A DNA stretch of 64,000 nt. Source: an uncultured bacterium. Lineage in GTDB: Bacteria > Actinomycetota > Acidimicrobiia > Spongiisociales > UBA4744. A program made the position numbers and the translations under genes. The stretch is from contig CAWHCO010000004.1 of the NCBI GenBank assembly GCA_963827865.1, positions 388,686 through 452,685 on the forward strand. The letters run 5' to 3'. Positions 8,177 through 25,586 of the stretch are shown here, one piece after another. Below the pieces are notes generated by a model that was not told where the DNA came from, ran no database searches, and saw only the letters and a list, made by a program, of their open reading frames with translations. Each line of letters opens with the position of its first letter. Position 1 is the first letter of the stretch.

Positions 8177-9511
8177 ATGGCACTTCGTGACCTGCCCTCG
8201 GTGGATCATCTCGTTCGAGTTCTCGGAGATATCGCGCTTCCACGATTGCTCGTCGTTGAGTCTGCCCGAACGGCCATCGAGGAGGCAAGGGCCGGTGCCG
8301 CCGGAGACCCATTGGCGGCAGCGACGAATATGCTCGAGCGGCTTCAGTCACTCCGCCACCGGTCGGTCATCAACGCGACAGGCGTGCTGTTGCACACGAA
8401 CCTGGGCCGGGCACCGTTGGCACCTGCCGCCGCCGCAGCCTTGCACGGCGCCGCCGTCACCTATGGGAATCTCGAGTTCGACCTGACCGAAGGGCGCCGG
8501 GGCGGTCGCGGTGCCTACCTGCATCGGTTGGTGGCCGACGTCACGGGGGCAGGGTCTGCCCACGTCGTCAACAACAACGCTGGAGCGCTCCTGCTCGCCC
8601 TCGCCGCTCTAGGCCGAGATAGGCCTGTCGCCGTGTCTCGTGGAGAACTCATCGAGATCGGCGGCTCTTACCGCCTTCCCGAGTTGATGGCTGCCTCTGG
8701 TGCCCGCATGCTCGAGGTCGGAACCACGAATCGAACGCGCTTGTCCGACTATGAACGGGCAATCACAGAGGGAGCCGGCCTGATCCTCAAGGTGCACCCG
8801 TCCAACTACCGCGTCGTCGGTTTCACCGACGCCCCCGCGTTGGACGATCTCACCTCCCTTGCACACGCCCACGATCTCCCCCTCGTCTTCGATGTCGGCA
8901 GCGGACTGATCGACAGCAACGTCCCGTGGCTGAGCGGGCCTCCTCCTCAATGGCTCGAAGGTGAACCAGGTATCCGGCAGGTCCTCGAAGCGGGCGTGGA
9001 CGTAGTCACATTCTCCGGCGACAAACTGCTCGGCGGACCTCAGGCCGGCGTCATCGTCGGAGACGGTGACCTCGTTTCACGACTCGCCGGCGACCCCATC
9101 GCCCGTGCACTTCGCGTGTCCGGTCCGATCCTCGCCGCCCTGACAGTGACCTTCGAGTTGTACGCGAACGGAGACGGCGCATCAATCCCGTTCTGGTCGA
9201 TGGCGTCATCGTCCTACGAGACGCTCGAGGAGCGCTCTGACCGGGTGCTCACCGACTCCGGTGTGAACGGCGAGATCGTGTCCGGAGGTTCGGTGCCCGG
9301 TGCCGGGTCGGTGCCCGGAGCAGAGGTCCCCTCTCCCTTGATCAGAGTGTCGAACCCGGGGGCGGCGTCGCTATGGCCCCGGCTGCTCGATGCCGATCCT
9401 CCCGTGGTCACGCGTCGCGAGGCGGGAAGGGTCCTGATCGATCTTCGCTCGGTGGCGCCCGAGGATGATGGCCGGGTCGCCTCGATTCTGGGAGCGGCGT
9501 GCCGGTCGTAG
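8177..9511 (+). CDS. selA: L-seryl-tRNA(Sec) selenium transferase (selenocysteine synthase).
   Basis: LRDLPSVDHLV, VINATGVLLHTNLGRAPL, YGNLEFDLTEGRRGGRG, KVHPSNYRVVGFT, FSGDKLLGGPQAG (PLP Lys). Confidence 0.9.
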   Translation: MALRDLPSVDHLVRVLGDIALPRLLVVESARTAIEEARAGAAGDPLAAATNMLERLQSLRHRSVINATGVLLHTNLGRAPLAPAAAAALHGAAVTYGNLEFDLTEGRRGGRGAYLHRLVADVTGAGSAHVVNNNAGALLLALAALGRDRPVAVSRGELIEIGGSYRLPELMAASGARMLEVGTTNRTRLSDYERAITEGAGLILKVHPSNYRVVGFTDAPALDDLTSLAHAHDLPLVFDVGSGLIDSNVPWLSGPPPQWLEGEPGIRQVLEAGVDVVTFSGDKLLGGPQAGVIVGDGDLVSRLAGDPIARALRVSGPILAALTVTFELYANGDGASIPFWSMASSSYETLEERSDRVLTDSGVNGEIVSGGSVPGAGSVPGAEVPSPLIRVSNPGAASLWPRLLDADPPVVTRREAGRVLIDLRSVAPEDDGRVASILGAACRS

Positions 9512-11289
9512 GGACGGCCGGTCACGTCGATCACGGTAAGTCGACGCTGATCCGAGCACTCACCGGCAGGGATCCCGATCGCTGGGTCGCCGAGAAAGAG
9601 CGGGGGCTCACGATCGATCTCGGGTTCGCCTGGACCGTGCTCCCCGACGGCGCCGAAGTGTCGTTCGTCGATGTTCCCGGGCATCAGCGCTTCATCAAGA
9701 ACATGCTGTCGGGCATCGAAGCGATCGACGTGGCGTTGTTCGTTGTCGCTGCCGACGAGGGTTGGATGCCGCAGTCGGAAGAACACCTCGCCGTGCTGGA
9801 TCTCCTCGATGTCCGGCGCGGCATCGTGGCGCTCACGAAGATCGACCGTGTCGATGACGATCTGGTTGCGATAGCGACGATTGAGATCGAGGAGCGCCTG
9901 GCCGGAACGAGTCTTGAGGGCGCGCAGGTGGTTCCGGTGTCGGCGCCGACAGGTGCCGGGGTCAAGGAGCTTCGATCGGCCCTGGCGGATCAGGTGTCGG
10001 TCGCCGTCGCGTCCTTCCGAGATCGCGGTCGACCACGCATGTGGATCGACCGCTCGTTCACGATCAGTGGATCCGGCACCGTCGTCACAGGGACGCTGCT
10101 CGACGGGCCTCTCTCCGTCGGCGATCGGGTCATGATCTGGCCGGATCGGCTCTCTGCGCGTATCAGATCGCTCCAGACCCACGAGCGGGCCCACGACCAG
10201 GTGTCGCCCCACTCGAGGGTGGCAGCGAACCTCACCGGTCTTGATCGTCGTGACATCACCCGAGGGGCGATGATGGGGTCTCCCGACGCGTGGGCCGCCT
10301 CAGAACGGTTCCTCGTATCCGTGCGGGTGGCCCGGTACGTCGAAGAGCCGATCACGGCCAGGGGAGCGTTTCATCTCCATCTCGGTAGTGGCACGTGGCC
10401 CGTCCACTTCCGTCCACTCGACGGAAGTGGCATCGATGGCGAAGGGTTCGCCCTCTTGACGGTCGACACTGCTCTGCCCGTGATGATGGGTGACCCTTTC
10501 ATCCTCCGCGAGGTCGGCAGGCGTCAGGTAGTAGCCGGGGGCAGAGTCCTCGATCCCGACCCTCCGCTCAGGGGAGGCGACATGTTGGCAGGGGCTTCGG
10601 TCCTCGCCGGCGTGTTGGACGCAAGCGCTGACGAGCAAGCCGAGGCGCTGCTGCGGGTTCGCGGCAGCGATGCCGTCGAACGTCTCGCCCAGCACTCTGG
10701 AGGTGGTGAAGCCACAGCACTCACCGCGGCGGGCATGGCGCTCTCCGACGGAACCGTGGCCCGTCTGACCGAGCATGCTGCCCGGTACGTGCAGCGCTTC
10801 CATGAGACCAACCCGCTCCGGCCTGGTGTCCCAAAGGCGGATCTCGCCGGTCGACTTGGGGTGTCCACCGCGATCGTCGATGCGCTCGTAAGCCGGTCAG
10901 AGACCCTGCAAGATGCGGGACCGGTCGTCGCCACGGCAGGGTTCACCGTGGAACTCGGAGCCGATGCCGCTACGTCGTTTGAAGAACTGGTTTCGAAGCT
11001 GAACGGCAGCGGACTGCTGGTGCCGAGAGTGGGCGAGCTTGGGATCGACCGAGAGACGCTGCACACGCTCGTCCGAAGAGGTGATCTGGTACAGGTGTCC
11101 GAAGATCTCGTCTACCTGCCGGATCAGATCGAGGAGATCAGGGCAGGGCTCTCGGCGCTCCCCAACCCGTTCACGGTCGCGGAGTTCCGAGACCGATTCC
11201 AGATCTCGAGGAAGTACGCGGTGCCGCTCCTCGAGTGGTTGGACTCGTCGTCGATCACCCGACGAAGAGGTGACCTGCGCTCCTACTAG
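9499..11289 (+). CDS. selB: Selenocysteine-specific elongation factor.
   Basis: GTG start overlapping the selA stop. GTAGHVDHGKSTL, DVPGHQRF, TKID G-domain motifs, followed by about 350 aa of C-terminal winged-helix region. Confidence 0.9.
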   Translation: MPVVGTAGHVDHGKSTLIRALTGRDPDRWVAEKERGLTIDLGFAWTVLPDGAEVSFVDVPGHQRFIKNMLSGIEAIDVALFVVAADEGWMPQSEEHLAVLDLLDVRRGIVALTKIDRVDDDLVAIATIEIEERLAGTSLEGAQVVPVSAPTGAGVKELRSALADQVSVAVASFRDRGRPRMWIDRSFTISGSGTVVTGTLLDGPLSVGDRVMIWPDRLSARIRSLQTHERAHDQVSPHSRVAANLTGLDRRDITRGAMMGSPDAWAASERFLVSVRVARYVEEPITARGAFHLHLGSGTWPVHFRPLDGSGIDGEGFALLTVDTALPVMMGDPFILREVGRRQVVAGGRVLDPDPPLRGGDMLAGASVLAGVLDASADEQAEALLRVRGSDAVERLAQHSGGGEATALTAAGMALSDGTVARLTEHAARYVQRFHETNPLRPGVPKADLAGRLGVSTAIVDALVSRSETLQDAGPVVATAGFTVELGADAATSFEELVSKLNGSGLLVPRVGELGIDRETLHTLVRRGDLVQVSEDLVYLPDQIEEIRAGLSALPNPFTVAEFRDRFQISRKYAVPLLEWLDSSSITRRRGDLRSY

Positions 11290-11543
11290 ACCGATCGCAG
11301 CACGTACTCGCGGCGCTCGCCCTCCGTGAGGCCGCCCCAGATGCCGTACGGCTCTCTGATCTCCAGGGCAGCCTGGAGGCATTCCTCACGGACGGGACAC
11401 ACCTTGCAGATGGCTCTCGCCCTCGCTTCCCGCCGTTCTCGTTCGTCCTTGCGCTCGAATGCGCTGGGTGGGAAGAAGAGGTGTGAATGGTTGCCACGGC
11501 ACAGAGCGCGTGGCTGCCAGACGTCGCGAGACGGTGCGAGCAC
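11286..11543 (-). CDS. WhiB-family (Wbl) Fe-S transcription factor.
   Basis: ...WQPRALCRGNHSHLFFPPS...AICKVCPVREECLQAALEIREPYGIWGGLTEGERR carries four Cys and the GIWGG turn. GTG start at 11543 is preceded by AAGGAGGG; the track ORF is over-extended. Confidence 0.75.
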   Translation of the reverse strand: MLAPSRDVWQPRALCRGNHSHLFFPPSAFERKDERERREARARAICKVCPVREECLQAALEIREPYGIWGGLTEGERREYVLRSV

Positions 11544-11734
11544 GAGTCCCTCCTTGTTGTTGGCGAGCACTTGGAACTTAGTAGGACCATCCGGCCTCGA
11601 CCAGGAAGGAACTACTACTCCAAAGGAGATTTTCGCGCTCTTGAGGGCACCCGCCGCGCTACCTCCATGCAGATCGACATGATCCGATGTCCCGAGGGAA
11701 GAGGCCACTGCTCGACGCACTAGAGTTCGCGCCC

Positions 11735-12097
11735 ATGAGAGTATTGGTCGTCGCCGACGCCGGCTGGGTTCGAGGCGAGGTTGCCGCCGCGAGTTCCGAC
11801 TTCGAGATGTACGAGGAGGCCGACCCGACCAAGGCGGTCGTCACGTGCGGAGAGATCGCCCCCGACGCGGTCATCGTTGATCTCCAGGTGGGCAGCATGG
11901 GCGGAATGGCGGTGACGCGGGCACTGCGCGATGCGGTTTTCGCACGGAGCATCGAAGACACCGTGATCATCCTGCTGCTCGACAGAAGCGCAGACGTGTT
12001 CATCGCCGGACGATCCGGTGCAGACGCGTGGCTCGTCAAGCCGTTCACACCACAGCAGCTGAGGGCAGTGCTCACCCCCGTACCGGCAGCGGACTGA
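11735..12097 (+). CDS. Stand-alone response-regulator receiver domain protein.
   Basis: MRVLVVADAG...AVIVDLQVGSMGGMAV...WLVKPF. It lacks one acidic-pocket Asp and has no output domain. Confidence 0.7.
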   Translation: MRVLVVADAGWVRGEVAAASSDFEMYEEADPTKAVVTCGEIAPDAVIVDLQVGSMGGMAVTRALRDAVFARSIEDTVIILLLDRSADVFIAGRSGADAWLVKPFTPQQLRAVLTPVPAAD

Positions 12098-12110
12098 GCA
12101 CCCTGGCGAG

Positions 12111-13358
12111 ATGACTCCCGTCCAGGCGATCCTCCTCGTGGTCCTTGGCTTGTGTGTTCTCTCGTCCGGGTTCCTCTCGGGCTCGGAGACGGCAATCCTC
12201 TCGGTGCCGAGGGAACGAGCCCACCAGCTCGCCGAACAAGGCCGCAAGGGACAACGACTGGAAACGCTCCTCACCGACCTCGAAGACACGATCGGGACGC
12301 TGCTCGTCGCGAACAACTTCGTCAACATCCTCGGAGCCTCGGTCGCAACGACCCTCACGATCGCGCTGGTTGGCGAAACGTGGGGCCCGTGGTTGGCGAC
12401 CGTCGTGGTGACTGCCGTCATCCTCGTCGTGGGTGAGATCACCCCCAAGACGCTGGCCACCAGACGACCCGACCGGTATGCCTTGGCGGTGGCCGGCGTG
12501 TTGTATCGTCTCGTGCGGATCCTCGATCCCATCACCGCGGTATTCGTCGCCATCAGCCGAGGGATCCTGAAGCTGCTCGGTGTGTCACGGCAGGATGAGG
12601 CGTCGCTGATCACCGAGGAGGACATAAGGGCGCTCGCCATACTCGGGGAACGCTCGGGTGGGGTCGAGTCGGCCGAGCGGGAGATCATCGACTCGGTGTT
12701 CGATGTGACCGGCCAACCGGTTCGTGACGTGATGACGCCCCGGATGGAGATCGTGACGATGAGACCGTCCCCCACTGCCAACGAGATCCGGACGGCCGTC
12801 ATGACCTCAGGCCACTCACGCTACCCGGTCGTCGACGGCGACCTCGACCACATTGTTGGCGTTCTGTATGTGAAGGACCTGCTGCGTGCCCCAGAGGATC
12901 CGACACGAGAGGATATCGCGGGACTCCTGCGGGAACCGCTCTATGTCCCGGAGAGCGCGTCCGTGTTGGAAGCGCTCCACTTGATGCGACGCCACCGTGC
13001 CGGGTTCGCGGCAGTGCTCGATGAGCACGGTGGCGTCGAGGGGATTGTCACCATCAAGGATCTCGTCGCCGAGCTGGTGGGGGAAATCCAGGACGAGTTC
13101 GACCCTGGCGTGCCAATCACGGTACCGCTCGGCGCCGGGACATGGATCACCAACGGACGCGTCACCGTCGAGGATCTCTCCGAGGACACCGGTGTGGAGC
13201 TACCCGAGGGTCCGTACGGGTCCGTCGCCGGGTTGTACCTCGCGGAGAGCGGAGACATTCCGCGGGAAGGCGACTCCGTCGACATCACCGGCTTGCGCTT
13301 CACCGTGCTGCACATGGAGGGACGGCGAATCGACCGGCTGCGTGTCGAGCGCACCTGA
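12111..13358 (+). CDS. CNNM/TlyC-family transporter (DUF21, two CBS domains, CorC_HlyC domain).
   Basis: TM-rich N-terminus, CBS region, C-terminal ...GDSVDITGLRFTVLHMEGRRIDRLRV. Confidence 0.85.
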   Translation: MTPVQAILLVVLGLCVLSSGFLSGSETAILSVPRERAHQLAEQGRKGQRLETLLTDLEDTIGTLLVANNFVNILGASVATTLTIALVGETWGPWLATVVVTAVILVVGEITPKTLATRRPDRYALAVAGVLYRLVRILDPITAVFVAISRGILKLLGVSRQDEASLITEEDIRALAILGERSGGVESAEREIIDSVFDVTGQPVRDVMTPRMEIVTMRPSPTANEIRTAVMTSGHSRYPVVDGDLDHIVGVLYVKDLLRAPEDPTREDIAGLLREPLYVPESASVLEALHLMRRHRAGFAAVLDEHGGVEGIVTIKDLVAELVGEIQDEFDPGVPITVPLGAGTWITNGRVTVEDLSEDTGVELPEGPYGSVAGLYLAESGDIPREGDSVDITGLRFTVLHMEGRRIDRLRVERT

Positions 13359-13395
13359 TCCGGTGTCGCGCCCGGCTGGTATCATCCCTGGCCTT

Positions 13396-13472
13396 CGGGA
13401 CGTGGCGCAGTTTGGCAGCGCGCAGCGTTCGGGACGCTGAGGTCGCCGGTTCAAATCCGGCCGTCCCGACCA
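13396..13472 (+). tRNA. tRNA-Pro (anticodon CGG).
   Basis: Manual fold: acceptor CGGGACG/CGTCCCG with C1-G72, D-stem GCGC, anticodon stem CAGCG/CGCTG with loop TTCGGGA, T-arm GCCGG-TTCAAAT-CCGGC, A73, encoded CCA. Confidence 0.9.
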
Positions 13473-13527
13473 ACAAACCACCAGGTCAGGGCCGCCCTCC
13501 GGGGCGGCCTCTGGTTTCGGGAATCAG

Positions 13528-13550
13528 TTCCATCGCGCGTCCATCGCGCG
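13528..13550. repeat. Tandem direct repeat TTCCATCGCGCG-TCCATCGCGCG. A third copy, TTCCATCGCGCGT, lies at 13981-13993.
   Basis: Read from the sequence. The copies flank the RHH ORF. Confidence 0.6.
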
Positions 13551-13668
13551 CCGGTGACTTGCTGGAGACCATCTGGCTTGAACTCGCCGACCACGCCATT
13601 CTCGTGATCCACGTCATGCCTCTGCGGCTCCCCTTCCACGACCTACTCCCACAGACCAGGGAGGACAT

Positions 13669-13941
13669 GCCAAGACCAATCCCAAGACCCATCGCTCGCG
13701 CGGCGGCCGCACTCTCACCGACGAAGACATCGACGTCACCGCCAGCGAGGCCGTCGAGACCGACTACGACATCGAAGCTCTCGAGACTCGGCGCCGGGGC
13801 CGGCCGCCAATGGGATCGGGTCCGGCCGATGTCGTGGCGGTCCGTGTCGACCCTCAGTTGCGGGCCGCGATCGAGGCCCGCGCCGCGGCCGACCACACCA
13901 CCACCAGCGAGATCATCCGCCGATTTCTGGCAGTCGCCTGA
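13669..13941 (+). CDS. Ribbon-helix-helix (CopG/antitoxin-like) protein. No canonical start codon for the full 91-codon frame; the only in-frame ATG is at 13810 (43 aa). Possibly frameshifted or a pseudogene.
   Basis: Frame not in the track: ...AKTNPKTHRSRGGRTLTDEDIDVTASEAVETDYDIEALETRRRGRPPMGSGPADVVAVRVDPQLRAAIEARAAADHTTTSEIIRRFLAVA*. It follows the pattern, recalled from memory, of actinobacterial RHH antitoxin-like proteins. The nearest ATG (13667) is +1 out of frame. Confidence 0.4.
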   Translation, partial: AKTNPKTHRSRGGRTLTDEDIDVTASEAVETDYDIEALETRRRGRPPMGSGPADVVAVRVDPQLRAAIEARAAADHTTTSEIIRRFLAVA

Positions 13942-14287
13942 CCCGAGATGACGGCTGCCCTCGCCCGAGTACGAACCCGCTTCCATCGCGCGTACGCAGG
14001 CATTCGCCGCAGTCGGCGACTGCGTGGAGACACCTACCTGCCCAACCACCGAAGCGGCGCCGGGCATGGCACCCAAGCTTTGATCATCACGCTTCTCCCG
14101 GGCGCTACTCCCGTGGTTCCGAAAGCCGCCGGTTCGGCCGTCCCGACCCGCGGAGCCGCTCGGAAGGGAGCGACCCCCTTCTCGAATGGCTGAGACGCAG
14201 TGACTACTCGGACACGCCCGCCACGATCCTGGCCACTTCTCGAGGACAGGCGGCTATCCTTCCTTCCTCGCTCGCCTGGGTACCCGC

Positions 14288-15688
14288 ATGGCCCGATCTT
14301 TGTTCGACAGAGTGTGGAACGATCACATCGTCCACTCCACCGTTGGTGAACCCGATCTCCTCTACGTTGACCTCCACCTGCTCCACGAGGTCACCTCCCC
14401 GCAAGCCTTCGATGGCCTCCGCCTGGCAAAGCGCCGGGTGCGCCAACCTGACCTGTGCCTAGCGACCATCGATCACGGTGTTCCGACCGCGCATCGAGAA
14501 CAAGGCATCCTTGACCCTCTGTCCAGACGACAGATCGATGCCTTGATCGACAACTGCGGACAATTCGGAATCACACTGTTCGGACTGGACGACCTCCGAC
14601 AGGGAATCGTCCACGTAATCGGGCCTGAGCAGGGCCTCACACAACCTGGCATGGTGATCGTCTGCGGCGACTCTCACACCGCCACCCACGGCGCGTTCGG
14701 TGCTCTCGCCTTCGGTATCGGCACGTCGGAAGTCGAGCATGTTCTCGCCACACAGACCCTTTCCCAGTCGAAGCCACGATCGATGGCGATAACCGTCGAC
14801 GGCTCACTGCCCTTCGGTGTCACCGCCAAAGACATCATCCTCGGGATCATCTCCCGAATCGGCGTTAGCGGGGGTGCGGGACACGTCGTCGAGTTTCGTG
14901 GCGGGGCGATCGAGGGCCTCTCCATGGAAGGCAGGATGACACTCTGCAACATGACCATCGAAGGAGGGGCCAGAGCGGGAATGGTTGCCCCCGACGACAC
15001 CACCTTCGCGTACCTGGAAGGTCGCCCCTACGCGCCAGTCGGTCGCGCCTGGGAGCAAGCCCTCGACTACTGGCGGTCACTTCCCACCGACCCCGGGGCG
15101 ATCTTCGACTCCGAGGTGCAGGTCTCTGCTTCCGGTCTCGAACCGTATGTGTCGTGGGGCACGAACCCGGCCCAGACCCTCCCCGTCCAGAGCGTCGTGC
15201 CCTCCCCGGATGCTGCTTCAGACCCGCGCGAGCAGGAGTCCATCCGACGAGCCCTTGCCTACATGGATCTGAAACCGGGAACGCCCCTCACCGACATCCA
15301 CCTCGATCGGGTATTCATCGGGTCGTGCACCAACGCCCGGATCGAGGACCTGCGGGAGGTCGCTCGCATCGTCGACGGCCGGAGAGTGCACCCCGGAGTG
15401 TCGGCAATGATCGTCCCGGGCTCCGGGTTGGTGAAGCTCCAGGCCGAGGACGAGGGTCTCGATCGGGTCTTCAGGAGCGCCGGTTTCGAGTGGCGGGACG
15501 CTGGATGCTCGATGTGCCTCGGAATGAACCCCGACATCCTCGCCCCCGGGGAACGCTGCGCATCCACCTCGAACCGCAACTTCGAGGGCCGCCAGGGACG
15601 AGGGGGGCGAACGCACCTCGTCAGCCCCCAGATGGCGGCAGCCGCCGCCGTCGAAGGCCGCTTCGTCGACATTCGCTCGTGGGCCTGA
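14288..15688 (+). CDS. leuC: 3-isopropylmalate dehydratase large subunit.
   Basis: Aconitase-family motifs, CGDSHT and [11 protein letters not shown], and a CSMCLGMN Cys cluster. Confidence 0.9.
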   Translation: MARSLFDRVWNDHIVHSTVGEPDLLYVDLHLLHEVTSPQAFDGLRLAKRRVRQPDLCLATIDHGVPTAHREQGILDPLSRRQIDALIDNCGQFGITLFGLDDLRQGIVHVIGPEQGLTQPGMVIVCGDSHTATHGAFGALAFGIGTSEVEHVLATQTLSQSKPRSMAITVDGSLPFGVTAKDIILGIISRIGVSGGAGHVVEFRGGAIEGLSMEGRMTLCNMTIEGGARAGMVAPDDTTFAYLEGRPYAPVGRAWEQALDYWRSLPTDPGAIFDSEVQVSASGLEPYVSWGTNPAQTLPVQSVVPSPDAASDPREQESIRRALAYMDLKPGTPLTDIHLDRVFIGSCTNARIEDLREVARIVDGRRVHPGVSAMIVPGSGLVKLQAEDEGLDRVFRSAGFEWRDAGCSMCLGMNPDILAPGERCASTSNRNFEGRQGRGGRTHLVSPQMAAAAAVEGRFVDIRSWA

Positions 15689-16290
15689 TGGAGCCGATCG
15701 ACACCATCGTGGGCACGATGCTGCCTCTGCCGCGGGCCAACATCGACACCGATCAGATCATGCCGAAGGAGTACCTGAAGAGGGTCGAACGCACCGGGTA
15801 CGGGCAGTTCCTCTTCCACGACTGGCGACGCACACCGAATGGTGAGCTCGACCCCGAGTTCATCCTCAACCGCCCCGAGTATCGAAACGCCCGCATCCTC
15901 GTCACAGGGCCGAACTTCGGATCGGGCTCGTCGCGTGAGCACGCTCCGTGGGGTCTGATGGACTGGGGCTTCCAAGCGATCGTGGCGCCCTCCTTCGCCG
16001 ACATCTTCGCCAACAACTGTGCCAAGATCGGTCTCCTGCTCGTCACACTCTCAGACGGCGAGACACGGCAACTGACCCGCATCGCCGAGGCAACCGCCGC
16101 GGTCGAGGCGACGATCGACCTCGCCCACCAGACGGTCACCGCCAGATCGTTCAAGGCCCGATTCGAGATCGACCCATTCCTCAAGCACCGCCTCCAGAAC
16201 GGGCTCGACGACATCGACATGACGCTGCACAACGAGGCCAACATCGACACGTTCGAAGCCGGCCGCCCGGAATTCATGCCCCACCTCTAG
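15688..16290 (+). CDS. leuD: 3-isopropylmalate dehydratase small subunit.
   Basis: MEPIDTIVG...NIDTDQIMPKEYLK...GPNFGSGSSREHAPW. The ATG overlaps the leuC TGA. Confidence 0.9.
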   Translation: MEPIDTIVGTMLPLPRANIDTDQIMPKEYLKRVERTGYGQFLFHDWRRTPNGELDPEFILNRPEYRNARILVTGPNFGSGSSREHAPWGLMDWGFQAIVAPSFADIFANNCAKIGLLLVTLSDGETRQLTRIAEATAAVEATIDLAHQTVTARSFKARFEIDPFLKHRLQNGLDDIDMTLHNEANIDTFEAGRPEFMPHL

Positions 16291-16309
16291 CATCGCCCGA
16301 CCGGGCCGA

Positions 16310-17724
16310 TCAGCCGGGAAGTTCGCTGTGGCCCATCAAATGCTCATCGACCGCCCGAGCGCATCGACGACCCTCACGGATGGCCCACACGACCAACGAC
16401 TGACCGCGGCGGAGGTCACCGGCCGCGAAGACACCGGGCACGCTGGTTGCATGACTGTCCTCGTCCGCAGCGACGTTCCCACGCCCATCCAACTCCACAC
16501 CCAGTTCCTCGAGAAGACCTTCGTGCACAGGGCTGACAAAACCTGTCGCCAGCAGAACGAGGTCCGCTTCCAACTCGAATTCGCCTCCCGCCACCTCGGT
16601 CATCACCCAGCGTCCGTCGACCTGCTTCCAGTCCACCTTGACGCCGCGCAGCCTCTCCACCCGCCCGGCCGAACCTCCCAGTGCGGTGGTCGACACCGAC
16701 CACCACCGTTCGCACCCCTCTTCGTGAGACGCGGATGTTCGCAACTTCGTTGGCCAGTCGGGCCAGATGAGCATCTTGTCGGGGCGCTCCGGCGGCCTCG
16801 GCAACAACTCGAGTTGCGTGACGGAGACGGCGCCTTGCCGATTCGACGTCCCGACGCAATCGGCACCCGTGTCGCCACCACCGATGACCACAACGCGCTT
16901 GCCATCGGCCGTGATCGGTTCGTCGAGCGATTCCCCGCCGATTCTCCGGTTCTGTTGAGTCAGGAAGGGCATCGCGAAATGCACCCCATCCAGATCCCGG
17001 CCGGGGATCGAAAGGTCTCGCGGCTTCTCACATCCCGCTGCCAGCACGATGGCGTCGTATTCGTCGAGCAGGTGCTCCACCAGCACGTTCACGCCGACGT
17101 GGCTGTTGACACGAAACTCGACACCTTCGGCCTGCATCTGAGCCAACCGGCGGTCGATTGCAGCCTTGTCGAGCTTGAAGTCCGGGATTCCGTAGCGGAG
17201 AAGGCCTCCGATCTTGGCGTTCTTCTCGAACACCTCCACTTGATGGCCGGCCCTGGCCAACTGCTGAGCTGCAGCCAATCCTGACGGCCCCGACCCGATG
17301 ACCGCCACCCGCTTGTCGGTGTGTCGTGCCGGGATCCTGGGGCGTATCCACCGGTTCTCCCAGGCCTTCTCGATGATCGAGTACTCAACTGTCTTGATCG
17401 TCACCGGAGCATCCTGCAGGTTGAGGGTGCACGCCTCTTCACACGGTGCGGGACATACCCTGCCTGTGAATTCGGGGAAGTTGTTCGTCGAGTGCAGGAC
17501 GTCGACGGCTTGCCGCCATGCCCCGTGACTGACGAGGTCGTTCCAATCGGGAATGATGTTGTCGACGGGGCAGCCGGCATGGCAGAAAGGCACGCCGCAG
17601 TCGATGCATCGGGATCCCTGCAACGACACGGATTCGTCCGTCATCGGCATCAAGAATTCGGAGAAGCTCTTGCGGCGCTCCTCGACCCGCAGGTAGGCAC
17701 GCTCCTGACGCTCGGGGATCCCCA

Positions 17725-17725
<1 letters not shown>
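16310..17725 (-). CDS. gltD: Glutamate synthase (NADPH) small subunit.
   Basis: Start [21 protein letters not shown]... (ATGA overlap with the gltB stop). Cys-rich Fe-S motifs and FAD/NAD Rossmann motifs [14 protein letters not shown] and [13 protein letters not shown]. Confidence 0.9.
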
Positions 17726-22329
<4,604 letters not shown>

Positions 22330-23067
22330 GTTTCCCTCGGTCGCCGGTCCCGTGAGAGTACCCAGGCGGAAGTCGTTGTGTGCACCCGGAGAAGTGTCGA
22401 CTCCACCGCACGCCCGGCGGGTCGACCACCGCGCCTCGAAGCACCTCAGGCCCTGTGGTCAGTTTTGGCTCTCGATGATCCGCCTGGCGGGTGCGAACAC
22501 CGCGAAACAGCACAAACGCCGCGATTGCCGCTCTCTCCATCGTTTGCTCCTAGTTCACACCCACGTGTCGGCTGAACTCCGAGGCCTCCGAGCCCGCTTT
22601 CCGAGACCGTAGGCCAACCGTCTTGACGAAGCAGGATCTGCGCTCGTCGCCGAAAAGCCGCCAACTCAGACAACGCCGTCGCACCCGGGCCCGATACGGC
22701 GATCGCCGCCCCTCGTATTGGTACATGATCGCCTGCGGGCGTTTCGAGTCCGTTGCGAGCTTGTTGCAGTCTGTTACGAGTCGGTGAGTGGGTTGACGGA
22801 TCGGCCGGACGACGCCCGGGACGACCGACCCACGCCCCGCGAGCTCGACCCGCCCTCGACGTGGGTCACGGCCAAGCCGGTGGTCGTGGCCTCCCAGCCC
22901 ATCCTCGTTGACGGACCCCGCCGGAGCATGTAGGGTCCTCCACCACATGAAGATTGCTTATGCTCGAATGATCTGCATGGCTTCTCAGATGCCGTGCGAT
23001 ATCGACGTGTAAGCAACAAGCAGAACGAGGATCCGCACCGGCACCGGGAGCGGATCTTTCTCATTGA

Positions 23068-25496
<2,429 letters not shown>

Positions 25497-25586
25497 GCAC
25501 GAGAGACGATCACGGACAGACGACGTCGACGGTCGACGCGGCAGCGGATCGCGGCCCGTACCGATCGGCGTCTTGGCTCGGGTTGC

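Noticed and set aside
8119-8177. tRNA-Sec (selC) near selAB, and any second tRNA in other spacers
   Set aside because: The spacers are too short, and no T-loop or acceptor pattern was found other than in tRNA-Pro at 13396-13472.
13142-13951. 269-aa plus-strand ORF (Pro/Arg/Ser-rich) and reverse-strand ORF 13486..14076
   Set aside because: Both are low-complexity off-frames over the RHH locus. Only the RHH frame yields a recognisable fold.
13948-14193. 81-aa ORF immediately after the RHH gene (possible toxin partner)
   Set aside because: It has no recognisable toxin fold and an Arg/Ala-rich composition. It contains the TTCCATCGCGCG repeat in its coding frame. It is kept only as a remote possibility.
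15154-15687. N-terminal 178 codons of track ORF 15154..16290
   Set aside because: This is a spurious upstream extension. leuD clearly starts at MEPIDT (15688), coupled to the leuC stop.
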